64,000 nucleotides of DNA. Origin: Candidatus Aminicenantes bacterium (GTDB lineage Bacteria > Acidobacteriota > Aminicenantia > Aminicenantales > Aminicenantaceae). The first letter of the stretch is position 1; each line of letters starts with the position of its first letter. The stretch covers positions 13,893 to 77,892 of the forward strand of contig WVZL01000032.1 of NCBI GenBank assembly GCA_011772495.1. Direction: 5' to 3'. The translations under genes were made by a program, and so were the position numbers. The notes under the pieces were generated by a model. That model ran no database searches, was not told the origin of the DNA, and worked only from the letters and a program-made list of their open reading frames with translations. This document shows, in pieces, positions 59,427-64,000 of this stretch.

Positions 59427-60279
59427 GAATCCGCTCGTTAAGGACTGCAGCCAGTTCTGCTCCCCACAGCAGGATGACCAGAGAGAAAGAAATCCAGAGG
59501 AGAAAGAAGATGATAGAAGTTAAGGTGCCTTGTAAAAGTCTGGAGAGGACAATCCCTATGGCTGAGAAGTGAGCGACATAAAAAGCAAAGAGCCTTTTGA
59601 ATGCTTCCCAGAGCAAGGCACTTATAACTGCGGCGACGGCAGCAGCTCGAGTATGAACCTTGACTTCTGGAATAAATTTATACAGACAGAATAGGACGAA
59701 GAAAGTCAAAGCAAACGGTATGAAATATTGAATCAGGAAATTATTGACCAGAGATACAGTTTTAGGATTGATGTACTTGGCCACGATCGTGCTTTCTTTG
59801 ATGCTGCGCTGGATAGCTGTCCAGATAGCTGTTATGGCGAGAGAGACTAGCATGATGATTCCGATAGTAAACATGATGAGATATTCTATGATTCGGTTAT
59901 AGAAGAAAGATTTTTGGTAGTTGGCCTTGAAGATGAAATTAATGGAGTAGATGAGATTGGAAAAAAGGAAACTTCCTGCGACAAAGGAACCGAGCAATCC
60001 AAACCAGCCCAAGTTGGTTATGTTTTGGGAAAGGTACTGGATTCTATTGAAGAATTCGGGGTCTAACTGAACAAAGAATTCATCAGAGAAGACGTTCAGG
60101 CTCCTGAAGGCAAGTTCTGCACTCCCCAGAAGTTTGGTGGTGATAAAAGTGAAGAGAGCTACTAAAGGAATAGCACAGAGGACGGCAAAATAGGAGATAG
60201 TGACAGCAAAGTTTCCGCACCTGTCTTCACCAAACCTTTTGAAGGTCGTTCTCAAGATGTTGAAGACAGGAAGTTTCAT
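59410..60279 (-). CDS. YihY/virulence factor BrkB family membrane protein
   Basis: Multiple TM helices, LYKFIP, LWE..K..F..YV, LWGAEL. Confidence 0.88.
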   Translation of the reverse strand: MKLPVFNILRTTFKRFGEDRCGNFAVTISYFAVLCAIPLVALFTFITTKLLGSAELAFRSLNVFSDEFFVQLDPEFFNRIQYLSQNITNLGWFGLLGSFVAGSFLFSNLIYSINFIFKANYQKSFFYNRIIEYLIMFTIGIIMLVSLAITAIWTAIQRSIKESTIVAKYINPKTVSLVNNFLIQYFIPFALTFFVLFCLYKFIPEVKVHTRAAAVAAVISALLWEAFKRLFAFYVAHFSAIGIVLSRLLQGTLTSIIFFLLWISFSLVILLWGAELAAVLNERIHEKAT

Positions 60280-60309
60280 TGTCTATTCAGACTTGAGACC
60301 CCGCTCTCC

Positions 60310-60660
60310 TTAAGTGAGAGGGTATTTTCCCCATTGCACCATAAGAATAATGATCGTGATCAGGAGGGCGTATATAACTAGGGTTTCTATAAGGACCAAT
60401 CCAAAGATGAGCAGGAACCGGATGTCGCGTCCAGAACCCGGATTTCTGGAGATGCCTTCACAGGCGCTACTGATGGCCTTGGCCTGGCAGTAAGCCCCGG
60501 TAGCCACCGCTAAGGTGATAATAGCTCCTCCGATGATAAGCGACCACTTGAAGAGAGATGTCCTGGCAGGATCAAGAGTGGCTTCTTGAGCCAAAAGAGG
60601 CGCGCTCAACAGGACGAGAAAAAAGAGTAATAGTCCAAAAGGCTTGAGATTCTTTTTCAT
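60310..60660 (-). CDS. atpE: F0 ATP synthase subunit c with N-terminal signal-like extension
   Basis: EGISRNP loop, LIETLVIY carboxylate motif; follows atpB. Confidence 0.92.
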   Translation of the reverse strand: MKKNLKPFGLLLFFLVLLSAPLLAQEATLDPARTSLFKWSLIIGGAIITLAVATGAYCQAKAISSACEGISRNPGSGRDIRFLLIFGLVLIETLVIYALLITIIILMVQWGKYPLT

Positions 60661-60678
60661 TCCTTTCTCCTTTTGATA

Positions 60679-61425
60679 TTAAGGTTCCTCACCATGGGCT
60701 ACAGCTCCTCCTATATAAATACAGGAAAGCAGGACAAAAACAAAGGCTTGAATGATGGCCGTAAAAATAGCTACAGCCATAAAGGGAAGAGGAAGTATGA
60801 AGGGAATTATGGAAGCGATTATGACAATCAGCAGCTCCTCGGCGAAAATATTTCCGAAGAGTCGGATGGATAGAGAAAGAGGTCTGGAGAAATGGCTGAT
60901 GACTTCGATGGGCAGAAGGAGAGGAGCAATAAGAGGAATAGGCCCGGTAAAATGCTTGAGATACTTAAAAAGACCTTGAGACTTTATTCCTTGCCAGTGA
61001 TAGTAGACAAAAACAACCAGAGCACAACCTACGGTCACGTTGAGCTTGCTCGTGGGTGACATGAAGCCAGGAGCAAGCCCCAGGATATTACTGAATAAGA
61101 TGAAAAGGCCGACGGTTCCCACCAAAGGCAAATATTTTTTTCCTTCTTCACCGACAATATCCACCAGCAAGTTTTCGAAGAATTGGATTATGAGCTCGAG
61201 GACGCTTTGGAATTTCGAGGGAATGACCTTGAGTTTTCGAGAGGAGATTCCAAAAAAGAGGATAAGGAAACACATCACTATCAAGCTCATAACGACATGA
61301 TCGGGGATGAGATGTTCAGGATTATGGACTTCGATTCCTATTGATCCCAGAAGAAAAGCAAGGGGTTTACTGAAAACCTTGTTGAAGAGGTCCACCAAGA
61401 ATAGGCTGTGCTCTAGCTCTTCCAT
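60679..61425 (-). CDS. atpB: F0 ATP synthase subunit a
   Basis: PSKFQSVLE, SNILGL, SPTS, SRPLSLSIRLFGN, IQAFVF. Confidence 0.97.
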   Translation of the reverse strand: MEELEHSLFLVDLFNKVFSKPLAFLLGSIGIEVHNPEHLIPDHVVMSLIVMCFLILFFGISSRKLKVIPSKFQSVLELIIQFFENLLVDIVGEEGKKYLPLVGTVGLFILFSNILGLAPGFMSPTSKLNVTVGCALVVFVYYHWQGIKSQGLFKYLKHFTGPIPLIAPLLLPIEVISHFSRPLSLSIRLFGNIFAEELLIVIIASIIPFILPLPFMAVAIFTAIIQAFVFVLLSCIYIGGAVAHGEEP

Positions 61426-61820
61426 TTCTTTATTCTAGGCAAGGTCCTGATGGCCTCGACCAAAAAAACTAAGATAATTATCGAGAAACCAGCCATAAAG
61501 GCAATAATCTTCTCTAAAAAGAAGATGATTATAATAGAAAAGACAGCTATAATCAATAGAAGACGAAGAAGATAGCTTCCCAGCACAGACCGAAGCACTT
61601 TGCTCTTGTTGGGGTGGATCAACAACCTTGACAGAGAACTCTTGAGCCAAAAGAAGCTCGCTGCGGCCAGGATTCCTCCAGCCAGAACGAACAGACCTGT
61701 CATCACCTTAAAAAGAAAGGTGGTGATGATAGCCCCAATCAAGGACAGAAGAAAAATCTCAAGCGGAATCCGTTGAAGTATCCTTGTATCTTCTGGAGCA
61801 AGGGAGGGGGGCTTAGACAT
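61413..61820 (-). CDS. atpI: ATP synthase protein I-like membrane protein
   Basis: Four hydrophobic segments, YLLRLL; position before atpB. Confidence 0.8.
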   Translation of the reverse strand: MSKPPSLAPEDTRILQRIPLEIFLLSLIGAIITTFLFKVMTGLFVLAGGILAAASFFWLKSSLSRLLIHPNKSKVLRSVLGSYLLRLLLIIAVFSIIIIFFLEKIIAFMAGFSIIILVFLVEAIRTLPRIKKWKS

Positions 61821-62037
61821 CTTTGATTTTGTTCAGGCCTCTGATCAGATTATAGAATCCCGAAGCCGTACCCAGAAGGGTGAAGATAAGCAACAGCCAG
61901 GGGTGGGTGTGGAAGAGTTTATCGAGAAGATACCCGAAGAATAAGCCTACAGCAATAGAGGAAGGCAGCATGAGCCCGAGAGAGCTCAAAAGAGCAATTT
62001 TTCGATAATTGATCTTCCAGGAAGGCTTAAAAATCAT
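61813..62037 (-). CDS. atpZ: AtpZ/AtpI family small membrane protein
   Basis: GLFFGYLLDKLF.T.PW...F.LLG..SGF motif. Confidence 0.85.
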   Translation of the reverse strand: MIFKPSWKINYRKIALLSSLGLMLPSSIAVGLFFGYLLDKLFHTHPWLLLIFTLLGTASGFYNLIRGLNKIKDV

Positions 62038-62183
62038 GAGAGTTCAAAAATGACGCCTTTTGCAGAAAAAAGGCTACCTCCTCCTCTAAATTATTATTGG
62101 ATAAAATCTGCCTGTCAAGGGAATAAACCGTGGTTTCCTTTCAGGTTGATTTGGATGGCGGGGTTGTGTTAAATATTCTCCGT

Positions 62184-64000
62184 ATGCAAAAGAATAGAGC
62201 AGCTCTCCTTCTTTTAATTTTTCTTCTTTGTTCGGGTAGGATTTTCCCCCAAACCCAGGTGGGGTTGCCCTCAGGAGAGATCAGGATCATCGCTCAGTAT
62301 AAGGAAAAGATCAAAGAACAGATTATAGCCTCAGGTCAGGTTGAGGTTCACTATAAGAACATCAAACTATTTGCCGACCGTATCGAGCTTAACCTGGAAT
62401 CCAAGGATGTCTATGCTGAAGGCCAGGTGCTCATCCAGACACCTGATGATGTGGTGAGTTGTGAGAAGATTTTCTTCAACTTGGACAGTTCCCAGGGGAA
62501 ATTGGAAAAAGTGCACGGAATGATTCAACCCACAATTTTTTATGATGCCGAATCTGTGGAGAGAAAGGATAAAAACTTTTACAGTTTTCGGCGAGCTCGA
62601 ATCACTTCCTGCACTCAGCCCGTACCCCGATGGAGATTTTCTTGCTCCAAGGCTAATTTTAAAAAAGACGATTATATGGAGATGTGGAATTCTGTTTTTT
62701 CCATAAAGGGGATTCCTGTTTTCTATCTCCCTTATATGAGATACCCTCTCGATAAGGAGCGTTCGACTGGCTTTCTGATGCCCCAGTTGGGGTATTCAGC
62801 TCAAAAGGGCTTTTTTTTCAGTGAAAGTTTCTTTTGGGCTATCCGAAGGAACATGGATGCCACCCTTAATCTAGACTACTATTCAGCTAGAGGACTAGGA
62901 GGAGGGCTGGAGTTCAGGTATATATTTTCCGGAGGCACAACGGGGCAACTCAATCTTTACTATTTCAATTTTAAAAAGGAGCAAGAACAAGACACTCCCT
63001 CCTCAGCCCACATTATCCGCTTCAAACATAACCAGGACCTGCCTTTAGGTTTTGAGCTGGTGGCCGATGTTGACCTCCAGAGTTCTTATGATTTCTTAAG
63101 AGAATTTGACAATAACTTCAGACGCGCTGTCGTCTCCAATCGCAAGACTCAGGCTTATCTGTCCAGAGCCTGGTCTTACTATAATTTCAATATTCGGGTC
63201 TCCAGGTTTGAGACCTATTATGCCAATAAAGACGACTCGGTTATCAGGTATGACCTTCCTCAGATAAAGTTCAGCTCCTCCAAGATGAAGCTGTTCTCGC
63301 CTCTCTATTTTTCGTTTAACTCTTCTTTTGATCGCTGGGAACACGGCTGGGAGTCCGATTATGAAAAAGACGAGCAGAAGCAGTCTCAGAGCATAGCTTT
63401 TAGTCCCTCCCTGAGTCTTCCTTTCACTGAAATTCCCTGGCTTTCGGTGACAACTTCCTTGGCGGGAAATTTTAATTATTATTTTCAGAGTTATGCTCCG
63501 GGGTCCAAGGAGGTTGTTGATGAACCTCTTTTTAGTTCCAATTATGTCCTGAACGTACAATTCCTCGGGCCTGTTTTTTTCAAGATTTATCGAGATGGTG
63601 AAGACACCCCGAAATTGAAGCATATTATCGAGCCTTCCTTAACCTATACTTATGAAGTTCCTGTTGATGATCCGGAAAGGATCGTCAATTATCGACGCTA
63701 TTTTCGCTCCCATCAAATAAGATATGGTTTAACCAATCGCTTCTTGATAAAGAAAGATCAGATGCCCAGAGAAATCCTGACCATAGCTCTCGAGAATATC
63801 TATTATCTTTCTCCCGAGGAAGGTCCTTTGAATATCTACCTGGTGGACGGCGAAATTCCTGAGTTTTCTGATGTCAGAGGCACAGTAAGGTTTTATCCTG
63901 CGACTAGCTACAGTATCGATTTCTCAGGGGCTTGGAATCCTTATCACAAGACTTTCTCCAGTATCCGGTTGGGAGCTAATTTGGGTTCTTTGGCTGATTC
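62184..64000 (+). CDS. lptD: LPS-assembly protein LptD (5' part; runs off the window end)
   Basis: Not in the ORF track. Manual translation MQKNRAALLLLIFLLCSG..ASGQVEVHYKNIKLFADRIELN..ITSCTQPVPRW..PVFYLPY..ERSTGFLMP, the OstA-like plus barrel layout. Confidence 0.88.
   Translation, partial: MQKNRAALLLLIFLLCSGRIFPQTQVGLPSGEIRIIAQYKEKIKEQIIASGQVEVHYKNIKLFADRIELNLESKDVYAEGQVLIQTPDDVVSCEKIFFNLDSSQGKLEKVHGMIQPTIFYDAESVERKDKNFYSFRRARITSCTQPVPRWRFSCSKANFKKDDYMEMWNSVFSIKGIPVFYLPYMRYPLDKERSTGFLMPQLGYSAQKGFFFSESFFWAIRRNMDATLNLDYYSARGLGGGLEFRYIFSGGTTGQLNLYYFNFKKEQEQDTPSSAHIIRFKHNQDLPLGFELVADVDLQSSYDFLREFDNNFRRAVVSNRKTQAYLSRAWSYYNFNIRVSRFETYYANKDDSVIRYDLPQIKFSSSKMKLFSPLYFSFNSSFDRWEHGWESDYEKDEQKQSQSIAFSPSLSLPFTEIPWLSVTTSLAGNFNYYFQSYAPGSKEVVDEPLFSSNYVLNVQFLGPVFFKIYRDGEDTPKLKHIIEPSLTYTYEVPVDDPERIVNYRRYFRSHQIRYGLTNRFLIKKDQMPREILTIALENIYYLSPEEGPLNIYLVDGEIPEFSDVRGTVRFYPATSYSIDFSGAWNPYHKTFSSIRLGANLGSLAD

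Noticed and set aside
63096..63623. 175-aa minus-strand ORF
   Set aside because: Antisense shadow of lptD.

Overview
A 64 kb, densely coding chromosomal core-genome segment (roughly 45% GC by eye) from a diderm anaerobe. Gene order and families suggest Acidobacteriota, probably Ca. Aminicenantia; this is inference. Content in order: partial rnfC, a GNAT of the YghO/bacterial ceramide synthase type, polA, the yceD-rpmF-plsX-fabG-acpP-fabF-etfBA cluster, an amidase plus DUF362 plus polyferredoxin unit, apgM, guaA-dnaE with two glycosyltransferases, valS-birA-coaX-(DnaD-like)-rnr-(SelB C-terminal-only protein), an arcE-like/arcC/arcB arginine catabolism operon with a large unknown gene, tRNA-Val-thrS-infC-rpmI-rplT-pheST-zapBA-6S RNA-rny-ymdB-xseAB-ispA-dxs-tlyA-nadK, a degenerate glgA with trxA-trxB, atpZIBE-yihY-lpxD and partial lptD. 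I saw no CRISPR array, prophage, rRNA or transposase. Most notable: (1) an ArcA-less, arginine-synthetase-type operon coupled to a 690-aa unknown; (2) a GTPase-less SelB paralog coupled to RNase R; (3) a GlgA with substituted catalytic residues coupled to the thioredoxin system; (4) a 49-aa ArfA-like ORF missing from the ORF track; (5) several families of small inverted-repeat elements. All family assignments come from motif recognition by eye; no database searches were run.
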